DNA of 64,000 nt from Nitrospirales bacterium (GTDB lineage: Bacteria; Nitrospirota; Nitrospiria; Nitrospirales; UBA8639), in contig CBDBCZ010000019.1 of NCBI GenBank assembly GCA_965203295.1, positions 2,400,001-2,464,000 of the forward strand, written 5' to 3'. Position numbers and translations under genes: made by a program. The notes below the pieces were generated by a model. That model worked only from the letters and a program-made list of their open reading frames with translations, searched no databases and was not told the DNA's origin. How positions within the stretch are numbered: position 1 is the stretch's first letter; every line of letters begins with the position of its first letter. Positions 1 to 10,624 of the stretch are shown in pieces.

Positions 1-595
1 TCTTTTTTAGCTCGACAACCGTGCCACAAAACGAGGATGATCGCGGAACCACAATCGTGCAGCCCTTCAGATCTGCGGGCTTGTGTAAGGTGTCATCATC
101 TTGTCGGGTAACCAGTTGCTCTCGAACAATGGTCACCGGAACAGAAAAATCAATCTGTGCTTTGCGCTGCGGAGTCACCGTAAAGTTCGCAGCAATCAGA
201 TCCCCTTTGCCCTCCAATAAGGAAGGAAGCAACTCGTCAAGACCATTCACCGTCACCCGAACGAGTTTCAAATCCAAAGAGAATGCCAGACTCCCAAGGA
301 ACTCTTCCTCCACATCATGCGGAAACCTTTGGCGAGGCAGGTGCGCAACAGAAGCATGCGGTGGACTCAACACACGCAGATAGCCACGTGATTTAAGAGC
401 GTCGAGATCACCGGTTTCCAGATAGGTGGGTGCTGAGGAAACAAAAGCAGAGGGCTTAGATGACTCTTTGGACTCTTCCTCTGCCCCACAACTAAGAAGG
501 AGGAGTAGCCCAACCATCAATGCCAGACAAAAATGAAGACAGGTAAGGAGTGGAGATCGAAATGCAAAGCTATTGAATTTGGAGTTACACCACAT
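1..595 (-). CDS. MltF-like / family-3 solute-binding domain lipoprotein (5' part; runs off the window edge)
   Basis: Manual translation from ATG at 595: lipobox-like LLLLLSC, then TGDLDALKSRGYLRVL and LLEGKGDLIAANFTVTPQR, typical of the MltF/SBP-3 N-domain. Frame is open to base 1; not in the ORF track because it is truncated. Confidence 0.7.
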   Translation of the reverse strand, partial: MWCNSKFNSFAFRSPLLTCLHFCLALMVGLLLLLSCGAEEESKESSKPSAFVSSAPTYLETGDLDALKSRGYLRVLSPPHASVAHLPRQRFPHDVEEEFLGSLAFSLDLKLVRVTVNGLDELLPSLLEGKGDLIAANFTVTPQRKAQIDFSVPVTIVREQLVTRQDDDTLHKPADLKGCTIVVPRSSSFCGTVVELKK

Positions 596-754
596 CTCAC
601 AAAGCTTACATGGATGAGAAAAAAAATAAAAACAGAGACTCAGGCCCTGACTTTTCCCAATGACTTTTTTGCCATTAATGTAAGAAATTGACACGTTCGT
701 CAAGACACCGTGGCCTAAATCTTGACGTGCTATAGACCGAAGGAGCAAGCGGTC

Positions 755-1680
755 ATGCCCTACGTTGGGACAAAACAGGTAGCTGGTTATCAAGTGTTGC
801 TCCGGAGCAGAGATCTCTACGAGCGCGCTGTGCAGGCTCGGGGCAAGCTACAGTCCTGCCGGGTTTGTCCCCGCCATTGTGAGGTGAATCGAATTGCGGG
901 TGAGTTGGGAACCTGTTTGGTGGGGTCAAAAGCGTTGGTCGCCAGCGCGAATCCGCATTTCGGAGAAGAATTTCCCATTCGAGGATGGTTTGGCTCAGGC
1001 ACTATTTTCTTTGCCGGCTGTAATTTGCGCTGTCTCTATTGTCAGAACTTTGATATTAACCACCAACCCAATGGCCAGGAATTGGAGCCCGAGTAACTCG
1101 CCAGTCTTATGCTGGACCTTCAAGAGCAGGGGTGTCATAACATCAATTTCGTCAGCCCATCCCACCAAGTGCCTCAGATGCTAGAGGGCATCCTGAACGC
1201 CGGGCAGCGGGGACTCTGTCTTCCTATTGTCTATAACACCAGTAGTTATGACGACGTGGACATGTTGAAGCTGCTTGACGGCATGGTCGATTTTATATGC
1301 CGGACTTCAAATACGCCGACACGGTTGTTGGTCGCAGACTCTCAAAGATTCCTGATTATCCAGCCAGAGCCCAAGCAGCCCTCAAGGAAATGCATCGGCA
1401 AGTGGGCGATTTAGAGCTTGATGACGAAGGGCTTGCCGTGCGTGGTATCTTGGTGCGACATCTTGTGTCACCTGGAGGACTCGCTGGTACAGAAGAAGTG
1501 ATGCACTTCTTGGCGACTGAAGTCTCGCGAGATACATACGTGAATATGATGGACCAATACCATCCGGCTGCAAAAGCTGATCACTACCCCATCCTCAATC
1601 GTCTCGTCACCTCCAGAGAAGTGGAAGATGCCAGAAATTTGGCTCATACCTGCGGTCTCTATCGAATACATGAAGAATAG
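755..1680 (+). pseudogene. PflX-like radical SAM protein, disrupted
   Basis: CRVCPRHC and GSGTIFFAGCNLRCLYCQN (CxxxCxxC) motifs. In-frame TAA at 1094-1096, and a frameshift near 1293 (expected DIYMPDFKY) into the 1297..1680 frame. Confidence 0.85.
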
Positions 1681-1811
1681 TAGGATGAGTCCGTCACCTC
1701 CCGTTTCATTTCTTGCCCTGGCCGAGGGATTGATGGCCCCCTTTCTTACACGCGATCGACGTTTGGCCTCTAGCTCTGGCCATCGGGCAACGACCGAGGG
1801 TATCTGATGTT

Positions 1812-2027
1812 ATGAAGAAATCTTTCTTCTGCATCACCGTTTTAATCGTGAGCTTGCTCTACCAAGGTTGTAGTACCGAATCATTCAAACGAACGCTCTA
1901 TGACATGTTTCAGAGTTATGGTGAGCAGCAATGCCAACAAGATCCCAATGCGACGTGTGAAGGGCAGAACTATGAAGAGTATCAACGCGAACGCGACGCA
2001 CAGCAGACCCATAAAGACCGCGAATGA
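1812..2027 (+). CDS. small putative lipoprotein
   Basis: 71 aa; basic N-terminus, hydrophobic stretch and lipobox-like QGC. Confidence 0.6.
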   Translation: MKKSFFCITVLIVSLLYQGCSTESFKRTLYDMFQSYGEQQCQQDPNATCEGQNYEEYQRERDAQQTHKDRE

Positions 2028-2073
2028 AGATACTAGAATGACTGAAGGCTGGACTTAAGATTTGGTCACAAGG

Positions 2074-2502
2074 CTATGAAAAGTGTTTCTTGAGGGCTTG
2101 CAACACGGCCTGGTATATGGGATTATACAATTCCCCAACGGCTTCATCATTCGGCGAATCATAGGTCGATTGCCACTCCACAAATGTCGTGTCGTTTTCT
2201 GTGATGGGTGACACGCGGACTGCTCCGACATAGTTCTTGACGGCATCCTTCGCCACTGGACCAGGTCCATCATCGATACTGTATGGGAATGTGTGTTCCG
2301 TATCGTCCAACGACAACAATGTTTCATGAAAGAGGTCATTGAGTATGCGTTTGGCACCAATTTGATTCTCTTTGAGTTCCCCGACGACGTCAGTCTTTGT
2401 CACCACCCCTTTCGCCCAGTTCAAATCATGAAAGTTTCGAATAATTTTCCAGACCACATTGCACGGGGCATTGATCACGACAGAGTTATAGCACTTTCCC
2501 AT
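2074..2502 (-). CDS. SRPBCC (polyketide cyclase/dehydrase, MxaD-like) family protein
   Basis: SVVINAPCNVVWKIIRNFH N-terminus, TFVEWQSTY, C-terminal helix; 142 aa. Confidence 0.8.
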   Translation of the reverse strand: MGKCYNSVVINAPCNVVWKIIRNFHDLNWAKGVVTKTDVVGELKENQIGAKRILNDLFHETLLSLDDTEHTFPYSIDDGPGPVAKDAVKNYVGAVRVSPITENDTTFVEWQSTYDSPNDEAVGELYNPIYQAVLQALKKHFS

Positions 2503-2622
2503 CGTTGTTCTCCTTCATTAAGACATTGACCAAGCTCGGTGGAGTATGGTTCTGAACGTACGCATTACACTCCCTGTGAATTCCTTTCCTGTCCATAGAA
2601 CATAACGCGATCGAGAGAGTCT

Positions 2623-2907
2623 TCATTTTTCATGAAATAGGGCTGCGACTTCCTCGTAAATCCTACGACGATGTCCTATTGCCACGACTCTCAATATCCT
2701 CTGCCGGGTATCAATGGAGTACACAATTCGAAATCGTTTAACACGATACCTCCAATATCCCTCGAGCTCTTTAACAAGTGGTGTGCCACTTTCGGAATTC
2801 TCGTTGATGTGCCGAAATGCAGACTTTATATGTCCTTTGAGTTCAGGAGGGAAATGCCAGATGATTTCAGTGATATGGGCGGGGATATCAAGTCGAAAGA
2901 GTTTCAC
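2623..2907 (-). CDS. type II toxin, RelE/ParE family
   Basis: LEGYWRYRVKRFRIVY...VVAIGHRRRIYE signature; overlaps the antitoxin stop (GTGA). Confidence 0.88.
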   Translation of the reverse strand: MKLFRLDIPAHITEIIWHFPPELKGHIKSAFRHINENSESGTPLVKELEGYWRYRVKRFRIVYSIDTRQRILRVVAIGHRRRIYEEVAALFHEK

Positions 2908-3200
2908 GACCGACGAGATTTCTTGGGAGGCATGAGTGGTTCACCAAATACATCTTCAAACGTCAGCCCCTTTTTTCCTCTTTGGTAAAAATCTTGGCTC
3001 TGGCGTAACTGTCGCATAAGGTCAGGATCGCTGAGAACATCGATTGTCTCTTTGAGACGTTCGTACTCACCGTAATTGATAAGGACCGCTGCAGGTTTCC
3101 TTTTGCGAGTCACGACGACCTCTTCTTCACGTTCTTCAACATCTGTGACTAGCGCAGGCAGCTTCGCCTTGACTTCGGAGATGGGAAGTGTTTTCGACAT
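2904..3200 (-). CDS. type II antitoxin, Phd/YefM family
   Basis: ISEVKAKLPALV...EEVVVTRKRKPAAVLINYGEYERLKETIDVLSDP pattern; lies upstream of the toxin. Confidence 0.9.
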   Translation of the reverse strand: MSKTLPISEVKAKLPALVTDVEEREEEVVVTRKRKPAAVLINYGEYERLKETIDVLSDPDLMRQLRQSQDFYQRGKKGLTFEDVFGEPLMPPKKSRRS

Positions 3201-3218
3201 GGTTCGCCCCTATTTTAG

Positions 3219-3238
3219 TTGACCAGAATTTTGGTCAA
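3219..3238. promoter_or_regulatory. palindromic operator of the TA operon
   Basis: TTGACCA-N6-TGGTCAA perfect 7-bp inverted repeat 18 bp upstream of the antitoxin start; a minus-strand TTGACA lies at 3269-3274. Confidence 0.65.
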
Positions 3239-3360
3239 TGAAATTGATTACGATAAGACAGCCGGATGTGTCAATCGTCTATAGACCGGCATCTGGTCTT
3301 GCTTTCAGGCAGCCAAATGATGTTCCACCGGTTATAGTGGTGAGGCCTTTATAAATATTA

Positions 3361-4793
3361 TTATGCAGAAACCCAGCCATATACATGGTAGCTAGGAATC
3401 GGCCCTTCTTCCAGATAGCCATTTTGATTGTGCTCAGATAATCCTTTGGTAACTCATTCCTCTTCGCCTTCACATCAACTCCGAACAGTTGAGCAACATT
3501 CAACCCCAAGATTTTTGCTTTGATCTCTTGGGTTAAAACCGGGTAGCCATGACGTTCCCGCAGCTCTTCTGGAATGTGGAATCGTCGAAAGGCTTCAATC
3601 TGCCATTGCGGGGTGCCGTATCAAATGGAGTCGGTTCCCCACACGACATGATCCTCATCAAAGGCAACAAGAAGCTGCCCTAATAGGTGGGCGCAGATGA
3701 TTGGCTCAGTCACCACCAATTTGAGCAAAAGTTGAGCCGAGCTCCATGTAGATGTTTTGCAGTTTTGGGTGCTTTTGCTTCATCCGACAAAATTCACTGG
3801 TCCAAGGCACTTCACCTTTTCGCGCTTTATTCTGATCGATCCGATGCACCCCAAGAAACCCCGCATGGTAGAGAAGGAAGTTGAGCTTTGGGAAATCCTT
3901 GGCAGTTTGAATGGTATCGCGTGGGTGGTTGTAGTCAGCCACTGGGCCTAAGGGCAAGCCTTTGTGCGCGCAGACTTTGGTGATGCCCAGCCTCTGCGAT
4001 TTTTCCAACATGGGATAGGCAATATCCTCATCACTGAGCCACCATCCATGATTAAATCCTTGGGGGGGTGCTCCGGTATAACATTTCCAGGTATCGACCT
4101 TAAGCGTTTCAGCCTGTTGATCCATGAAGTCGAGATCAACCTTACCCAACTGCGGCATGACGAGCCCATGAGCGAGCATGCGCTGGGACTCAGTAAGATG
4201 GTTGATTTCATCACGAATGTGAGTCATCTCTTTGGGTGGAACGACTGATTCCCAGGGATAGGGGCCTGGTGGTGTGCTGATCATCGCCAGCGAGGTGTCA
4301 CTATCGAGGAAGACTTCTTTGACATAATTTTCCCAACTGAGATCATCCATCGTGCCTGCGTCTGCCGACAGTTTGGGATTGAGCCCCATATCTCGGGCAC
4401 GGCGTCGTAATCCTAACAGAGCCTGCCGCCATCCCTCCTTCTTAAACGTCGAACTGACATAATGGGTTTGCACATCAAAGGCTCACCTCGTCGTTCTTGA
4501 AAGGCATGAGGCTCTGCCGCTTCGACTTCCAGAATATCAAAGAATTTTCCAAACACGTGGTTCATGGCGAGCAAGGCAACAGCCATGCCCCCAGTCGTTC
4601 TTAAAAACTCACGTCGATCGATGCCCAGACGCTGGCTCATTTTTTCGCTGATTGTGTGAATCAGCCAGTCGACGTGAGCTTGTTTATTCGTTTGGTGAGG
4701 TGGGGAAAATTCCTCGTTTGAGACAACACGAGTGGGAAGGGGTGAATCTGATGTGAACCCCTTTTTCAATCCGCTTGGCCTTGGTTTGCTCAA
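3361..4793 (-). pseudogene. amidohydrolase-family protein with Tat-like RREFL motif, disrupted
   Basis: Fragments give RREFL, FDVQTH, CAHKG, YHAG and WGTDSI. Lesions: frameshifts near 4480, 3720 and 3417, and a TGA (likely from TGG) at 3621-3623. Probable start TTG at 4793 after GGAGG. Confidence 0.85.
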
Positions 4794-5058
4794 GGAGTCC
4801 TCCGTTGTGGTTGAGACACGATTCTCCTCATCAAAACACATTCTTAAAAGGATCACTTCCAATCCCGATGTTAAATTTTACTCGTTTCATGCTCCGAAGG
4901 CCATGCAACTGACATTGGCCGGTAAACCTTTCGAGGTTTTGCATGTAAGACTTCCTGCTAGAGAACAAACTTCTGCAGGGTTGCAGGGAGCCATAACCCC
5001 CTACTATAATCCACGCCATGCTATACGGTTTTACCTATTTTGATTGGGGGTCGGTTTC

Positions 5059-5373
5059 ATGAGCACATTGCCTCTTTCGTTTCGAGTGAGAAATGCCGTC
5101 GTTGAAAAGCATCAACTTGAAGGAATTGACCCCAGTGATCGCTATTTTAATCGGTTGGTGTTGGTGAAACGGGTGGACCGTGGGTTTACGGCTAAGGTGA
5201 CCTACGAGTCATTCGAAACTGAGAGCGAAACCCACCCCACAGTGGCTTCTGCTATCAAAGCGGTCGTTGATAAACTTCGTGATGTTGGCTTTACGCAATT
5301 GCGGACACGTCTCAATTTCAAAGGCCAAAAATATTTGGCCGAAAAAGAATCATGGATTGACTATCCGGATTAA
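5059..5373 (+). CDS. hypothetical protein
   Basis: Clean 104-aa ORF from ATG at 5059 with protein-like composition; no motif recognised. Confidence 0.7.
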   Translation: MSTLPLSFRVRNAVVEKHQLEGIDPSDRYFNRLVLVKRVDRGFTAKVTYESFETESETHPTVASAIKAVVDKLRDVGFTQLRTRLNFKGQKYLAEKESWIDYPD

Positions 5374-5568
5374 GTCACTGGACTACCCTCGTTTAGTCTA
5401 CATTTCTCCTCCCTTATTTTATCTCTATCTTCTTTATCCCACCCGCCAGCAATATGTTCAATCATGAGTGGACGGGTTCCTCACTTCTCGTCCCCGAAGC
5501 GGTATGCAGGCATCCAAGATGTTTGGTTCACTCGTTTTTATTTGAGCCGGGGCAAAACCCGACGAAGC

Positions 5569-5659
5569 GGAACTGTGAACGAGAAACTCAGATCTTTGAA
5601 CTTTAAACCCGAAACTCTAAACTGTCTTCTTAGACCCGACACCTTAAACTTGAAACTCC
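5569..5659. repeat. degenerate heptamer tandem repeats (AAACY-type)
   Basis: Roughly 7-nt period: ttgaact ttaaacc cgaaact ctaaact ... taaactt gaaactc, in a convergent intergenic region. Confidence 0.5.
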
Positions 5660-5703
5660 CTTCCCAGAAACTGTCTGACAGCTCAAATACAAAGTTTTAC
5701 ACT

Positions 5704-6825
5704 TCATTTCACAAATTGCTCAAAGACCAAGTCGTGAATGAATGGGCGAAAAGCCTGAATCTTTGTATTGTCTCGACTCGGATGGACTCGGTTGGACAGG
5801 AGGACAACGCATATATCACGCTCGGGATGGATCCAAAAGGATGCCCCGGTAAATCCAAGGTGTCCAAACGACTGAGAAGAAAATCGTGTTCCGCATGAAG
5901 AGGGTTCGGACGGTGTATCCCATCCTAAGGCCCAACTGGATTGGCTCGTTTGATCTTTTCTTGTTACAAATTGTTTTGCTAACTTACTCGCAAACAGAGA
6001 CGATCGTCCGCGAATGCTGTTCAACCATTCTGCTGCTACAATACTGACCGCTTGGGCGGTCCCGAATAATCCGGCATGTCCAGCAATACCTCCCAGCGCG
6101 TAGGCGTTTTCATCATGCACTTCACCATGAATCAACCGGGCCCTCCATGAATCCTCTTCTGTCGGTGCGACATCATTTCCAAGTTTCTCTTGACCTTGAG
6201 AAAATCCATCAGGTCCTATAAACCCAAATGGGATGGCGTTCAATTTGGCCAAAAACCTTTCTTCACAATAGGAGGCGAGGGATTGTTTTGTGCATCGTTC
6301 AATGAGCAGGCCCAGGAGAATAAAGCCTAAATCACTGTAGAGCGTCTTGGGGCAGCTGGGTTTTTCAAGTTCTTCTTCTCCAATCAGTCGGATCATGTGA
6401 GCTTTGCGGATTTCGACCTCGGAAGGATCTGAAGGCGGTCTACCGGTCAGTGAGAGTTTCTGATAGAAGGGTCGCCAGGCTGGAAGGCCAGAAGCATGAC
6501 ACAAGAGTTGGTGAATCGTGACTCGACCAATTTCATGATCCGCCACTTCATGAAGCCAGTCTTTCACCGTCTGATCCAGCCTCATCTTTCCATCTTGGAC
6601 AAGGCAGAGAATAGCCGTAGCTGTCGCCAGGGGTTTGGTGAGAGAGGCAAGGTCGTAGACGGTTTCATGAACGACCAGGGGAGCTATTGGGCTTTGACTG
6701 ACTCGGCCAACAGCGTTGAGATACACATTGTCGCTACCCTGCCTCACCAACAAGACAGCGCCAGGGAACACCCCCTCGGCCACAGCCTGTTCAAGGGCTT
6801 CGGCAATGGAGTTTCCCTTCAACAC
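5704..6825 (-). CDS. serine hydrolase, beta-lactamase (AmpC-like) family
   Basis: YDLASLTK (SxxK), LLCHASG, YSDLGF, GHAGLFG, HLGFTG. Confidence 0.9.
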   Translation of the reverse strand: MLKGNSIAEALEQAVAEGVFPGAVLLVRQGSDNVYLNAVGRVSQSPIAPLVVHETVYDLASLTKPLATATAILCLVQDGKMRLDQTVKDWLHEVADHEIGRVTIHQLLCHASGLPAWRPFYQKLSLTGRPPSDPSEVEIRKAHMIRLIGEEELEKPSCPKTLYSDLGFILLGLLIERCTKQSLASYCEERFLAKLNAIPFGFIGPDGFSQGQEKLGNDVAPTEEDSWRARLIHGEVHDENAYALGGIAGHAGLFGTAQAVSIVAAEWLNSIRGRSSLFASKLAKQFVTRKDQTSQSSWALGWDTPSEPSSCGTRFSSQSFGHLGFTGASFWIHPERDICVVLLSNRVHPSRDNTKIQAFRPFIHDLVFEQFVK

Positions 6826-6839
6826 TAAAAAATCCTCGG

Positions 6840-7373
6840 CTAAATGTCTGATTGGTTTTGATTGTTCGCAGGAACGAATGGGTATGGCGAGTCGGATTCT
6901 TCCTTGTTGAAAAACTCCCCCACAGTTCCTCCCTCCTCAATCTCTAACATGCGTTCAAACGTCTGGAGGGTAGAGCGAATTTGTTCGAAGGTGATCACTC
7001 GCTGGCGACGCAGGTTGGTCAGACTCTGTTGCAGTTCTGTTAATTGAGTGCGGGATTGGGCAAGCATTTCTTCTGATTTCAGCTCTGCTTCTTTGAGCAT
7101 CATATCGGCATCGTGTTGGGCACCGCGTTTCAGCTGATCAGTAAAGGTTTGGGTGGTAATTAAGGCGTTCGTCAGAGCGGCTTCTGCTTTTCGAAGTTCA
7201 GTTAACTCCTCTTCCCGGGCAGCGACTTTTTCTCGCAAAGTCGAATTTTCTCGGAGCAAGGTTTCCACCGTCACTGCCATCTCTTCTAGGAATTGATTTA
7301 CCTGACGAGGTTGATAACCCCGAAATTGAACTTTAAATGTCCGATGTTGGATGTCAAGTGGTGTGAGTTTCAT
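6840..7373 (-). CDS. divIVA: DivIVA domain protein
   Basis: MKLTPLDIQHRTFKVQFRGY...VNQFLE followed by coiled coil; follows yggT. Confidence 0.9.
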   Translation of the reverse strand: MKLTPLDIQHRTFKVQFRGYQPRQVNQFLEEMAVTVETLLRENSTLREKVAAREEELTELRKAEAALTNALITTQTFTDQLKRGAQHDADMMLKEAELKSEEMLAQSRTQLTELQQSLTNLRRQRVITFEQIRSTLQTFERMLEIEEGGTVGEFFNKEESDSPYPFVPANNQNQSDI

Positions 7374-7398
7374 AGTTTCCATCCTTTTTTCGTTGTCT

Positions 7399-7701
7399 CT
7401 AATGCAAACGAATCGCAACATCCCGAATCGTCTTTACAACAGCATATTGCAAAAACATGATAATCAAAATAGCGATGATTGGTGAAAAATCTATCCCGCC
7501 GACAAAAGAGAAAGGAATCCGCTGACGAATAGTAAAGAGCACGGGCTCAGTAAGGCGTATCAAAATCTGCACGATGGGATTCCATGGGTCTGGATTCACC
7601 CAGGAGAGCAAGGCTCGAATGATGATGATCCACATGTACAGAAATAAGATCGTATCCAAGATGTAGGCAATGCCATGTAAAATGTTACCAGCAACAAACA
7701 T
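7399..7701 (-). CDS. yggT: YggT family membrane protein
   Basis: RALLSWVNPDP...LTEPVL...GGIDFSPI. Confidence 0.92.
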   Translation of the reverse strand: MFVAGNILHGIAYILDTILFLYMWIIIIRALLSWVNPDPWNPIVQILIRLTEPVLFTIRQRIPFSFVGGIDFSPIIAILIIMFLQYAVVKTIRDVAIRLH

Positions 7702-7756
7702 TCTGTTCCCCTCACTCAGTTGGGCTCTTATCTTCTAAGGAAAGACTTCTCTCCAG

Positions 7757-8458
7757 CTAACCAATAAACCGCGGTCCAAATATCCCTGTTCCCACTCGAA
7801 CTATTGTCGCACTTTCTTCTATGGCAATCATGAAATCTTGGGTCATTCCCATTGAAAGATTCTCCATCCCAATTCGACCCAACGAACGTTCTTTTATCTG
7901 CTCTGCCAGTTCACGAAGTTTTCGGAAATAAGAACGGGAAGCTTCGGGATCCGATACGATTGGAGGAATGGTCATCAACCCTCGAATCAAGAGGTGAGGC
8001 AACTGGTCTAAGCTGGGAAGGGCCTCTACCAAACTCGTGGGTGAGAACCCACCTTTACTTGGTTCATTTCCAATATTGACTTCTAACAGGACAGTTTGCT
8101 TGATTCTCACTTGGTCCGCTCGCTCATTAATGCCTTGAGCCTGTTCTAGGCTTTCAACGGAATGAATGAGGGCAAACCGCCCGACCAGGGCTTTTATTTT
8201 TCGCCTTTGGATTCTACCGATAAAATGCCATACGATGTCTGGAAAATCCTGTAACTCAACCATTTTGGACTCTGCTTCCTGTAAACGATTTTCCCCGCAA
8301 ATGGAGACTCCGGCCAACGTAGCATCCACCACTCGGCTTGCTGCAACATGCTTGGTCGCCGCGACCAACTGTACCTCACTCGGATCTCGACCCGCTCGTG
8401 AAGATGCTTCCCGAATACGTTCAAGAACGACTTGGACATTGTGATGAATGTCATCCAA
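7757..8458 (-). CDS. yggS: PLP homeostasis protein YggS
   Basis: VAATK, GENRLQE, WHFIGRIQRRK, GLMTIP, LSMGMT, VRVGTGIFG. Confidence 0.93.
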   Translation of the reverse strand: MDDIHHNVQVVLERIREASSRAGRDPSEVQLVAATKHVAASRVVDATLAGVSICGENRLQEAESKMVELQDFPDIVWHFIGRIQRRKIKALVGRFALIHSVESLEQAQGINERADQVRIKQTVLLEVNIGNEPSKGGFSPTSLVEALPSLDQLPHLLIRGLMTIPPIVSDPEASRSYFRKLRELAEQIKERSLGRIGMENLSMGMTQDFMIAIEESATIVRVGTGIFGPRFIG

Positions 8459-8538
8459 AGCACTTCCTCATATATTCGCGAGTTTATGCAACAAGAGATC
8501 ATACGGTTCGATCATGCTGATACTCGTTAGGGAGGATC

Positions 8539-9282
8539 TCAAAGCGAGGGGGTCAACATAATCCCACTCACCATCGTTCCCCGGCGTTCTCCTTTTCTTC
8601 GATTTCTTCGATGGGAATAAAATAAATCCGAACGACAGATCGTGCAGAAATCCAAACCATGACTCTTGCTTCTCGGGACCCCCATGTTCACCACTTGCCG
8701 ATGAATCATTTCCTTTAAATTGAGTCGCCCTCGATCTTGATGTGAGAAATCAAACACCGATTCCCATTCCTCAAACTGTTCTTGAAGAATTGAGATGACC
8801 GGCGCATCTATTTCATAACAACAGGCGCCGGCCGATGGGCCAATCGCCACTTCCACACGTTCAACGTTGGAACCAAAATGTGCAGCCAGGGCCTGCAAAG
8901 TTTTAGGAACAATCCCATGAAGGGTTCCTCGCCAACCGGCATGGACAGCGGCAACGACTCGATGATCAGGATCGTGAACAAAGACAGGCACACAATCCGC
9001 TGTCTGCACAGTCAATAGCACCTTTGGCTGATCGCTGATCAGGGCATCCCATCCTCCCTCGATCGCGTCCCCACCTTTGAGCGGTCTATCAAGAATCAGA
9101 GCATCCGTACCATGAACCTGCTTGACGCTGGCGACCAGTGGGAACTCTGCCGGGCCTGGATTGACGATTCCAATCCCCATCTCCTCGGCTTTCGGCCAAC
9201 GATTTGGTGCTATCCGTGTGCCAAAGAAATGTGTCATACCTCCGGCTGCCGAGGCGAAACTGGAAATCGTCAGTGGTTCCAT
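8539..9282 (-). CDS. pgeF: peptidoglycan editing factor PgeF / purine nucleoside phosphorylase (YfiH)
   Basis: QVHG, TADCVPV, HAGWRG, IGPSAGACCYE, CTIC...FYSHRR. Confidence 0.9.
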   Translation of the reverse strand: MEPLTISSFASAAGGMTHFFGTRIAPNRWPKAEEMGIGIVNPGPAEFPLVASVKQVHGTDALILDRPLKGGDAIEGGWDALISDQPKVLLTVQTADCVPVFVHDPDHRVVAAVHAGWRGTLHGIVPKTLQALAAHFGSNVERVEVAIGPSAGACCYEIDAPVISILQEQFEEWESVFDFSHQDRGRLNLKEMIHRQVVNMGVPRSKSHGLDFCTICRSDLFYSHRRNRRKGERRGTMVSGIMLTPSL

Positions 9283-9315
9283 GTTGTTCTACACACCAAT
9301 CAAGAGAAATCTTGC

Positions 9316-10536
9316 CTAATGCCCGCGACGACGCAAAAAGGTCGGCACGTCCCAATCCTCATCAACCATCATCGGCACTGTCTCACGACTTTTGCCATTC
9401 GATTCGAGTCGCCGCATAAACGTGGGGCGATCTAATTCCTGATTTTGGTGATTCCGATGCTCACCTCGTACCGCAGCCAACAGGGGTTGACGCGCCGGAG
9501 CCATAGCCGGGGATGGCCGTGAAGGGGTTATCACCATGGATGAACCGTTCGGTTGGAGGCGGCTCGCGACATCCTTTTCCTCCCGTTCAAACCCCGTGGC
9601 AATGACCGTCACCACAATTTCATCACCCATATCCGGATCAATAACTTGACCGACGATGATATTGGCTTGCGGGTCCGCCGCTTCTCTCGCAACATTGGAG
9701 GCCTCTTCAATCTCATGGAGTGCCAAGCCCGGTCCACCTGTGATGTTCAACAACATCCCTTGAGCCCCATCGACAGTGCTATCTTCCAAAAACGGGCTTG
9801 AGACAGCCTGTTTCGCTGCTTCGCTGGCACGATTGGTGCCTCTGGCAATGCCCATGCCCATGACGGCTCGACCGGTGTAGCTCATGATCGTTTGAATATC
9901 AGCAAAATCGACATTGACGAGCCCTGGTGTCGTAATGACATCAGCAATGCCCTGGATGGCTTGACGCAAGACATCATCCGCAATCCTGAAGGCTTCGAGG
10001 AGAGACGTATTTTTATCGACCAAGTCTAAGAGTTTTTGATTGGGGATCACCAATAACGAATCCACGTTTTTTTTCAGTTCTCTCAGCCCTTCCTCGGCAT
10101 ATCCCATGCGACGTTGTCCCTCGTATTGAAAGGGCTTTGTCACCACTCCCACGGTGAGAATACCCAGCTCCCTAGCAATTCTGGCAAAAATAGGGGCGCC
10201 GCCCGTTCCAGTCCCACCTCCCATTCCAGCAGTCACAAAAACCATATCAGCCCCTTCTAACACTTGTCGAATTTCCATCTCACTTTCCACCGCCGCCTCT
10301 CTTCCAACATCGGGCTTGGCGCCTGCTCCCAATCCTTGGGTTCGTTTAGGTCCCAGTTGAATTTTAAAGGGAGCCTGGGATCTGGCCAAGGCCTGAAGAT
10401 CCGTGTTGCCCACGATGAAGTCGACTCGGCTTAACCCTGAGGCGATCATCGTGTTGACAGCATTGCAGCCTGCTCCCCCGACACCAAGAACTTTAATTCG
10501 AATCGGACTAAATTCTTCTTCTTGTAATGAGAACAT
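9316..10536 (-). CDS. ftsZ: cell division protein FtsZ
   Basis: [16 protein letters not shown]-terminal DVPTFLRR. Confidence 0.98.
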   Translation of the reverse strand: MFSLQEEEFSPIRIKVLGVGGAGCNAVNTMIASGLSRVDFIVGNTDLQALARSQAPFKIQLGPKRTQGLGAGAKPDVGREAAVESEMEIRQVLEGADMVFVTAGMGGGTGTGGAPIFARIARELGILTVGVVTKPFQYEGQRRMGYAEEGLRELKKNVDSLLVIPNQKLLDLVDKNTSLLEAFRIADDVLRQAIQGIADVITTPGLVNVDFADIQTIMSYTGRAVMGMGIARGTNRASEAAKQAVSSPFLEDSTVDGAQGMLLNITGGPGLALHEIEEASNVAREAADPQANIIVGQVIDPDMGDEIVVTVIATGFEREEKDVASRLQPNGSSMVITPSRPSPAMAPARQPLLAAVRGEHRNHQNQELDRPTFMRRLESNGKSRETVPMMVDEDWDVPTFLRRRGH

Positions 10537-10624
10537 GGAACCCTCCTTTCACCTCTGTGTGAAGACTTGGGATGGTGATCTCCTTCGGATCTCCGCCGCT
10601 TTCCATGGAATCCGTCCTTCTGGT

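Noticed and set aside
21..383. + strand 120-aa ORF
   Set aside because: Antisense shadow of the MltF-like gene on the minus strand.
1094..3623. stop-codon readthrough or alternative genetic code for in-frame TAA/TGA
   Set aside because: The same genes also carry frameshifts, and TAA, TAG and TGA all end intact genes normally.
5464..5898. + strand 144-aa ORF
   Set aside because: Runs through the heptamer repeats and overlaps the serine hydrolase antisense; no protein motif.
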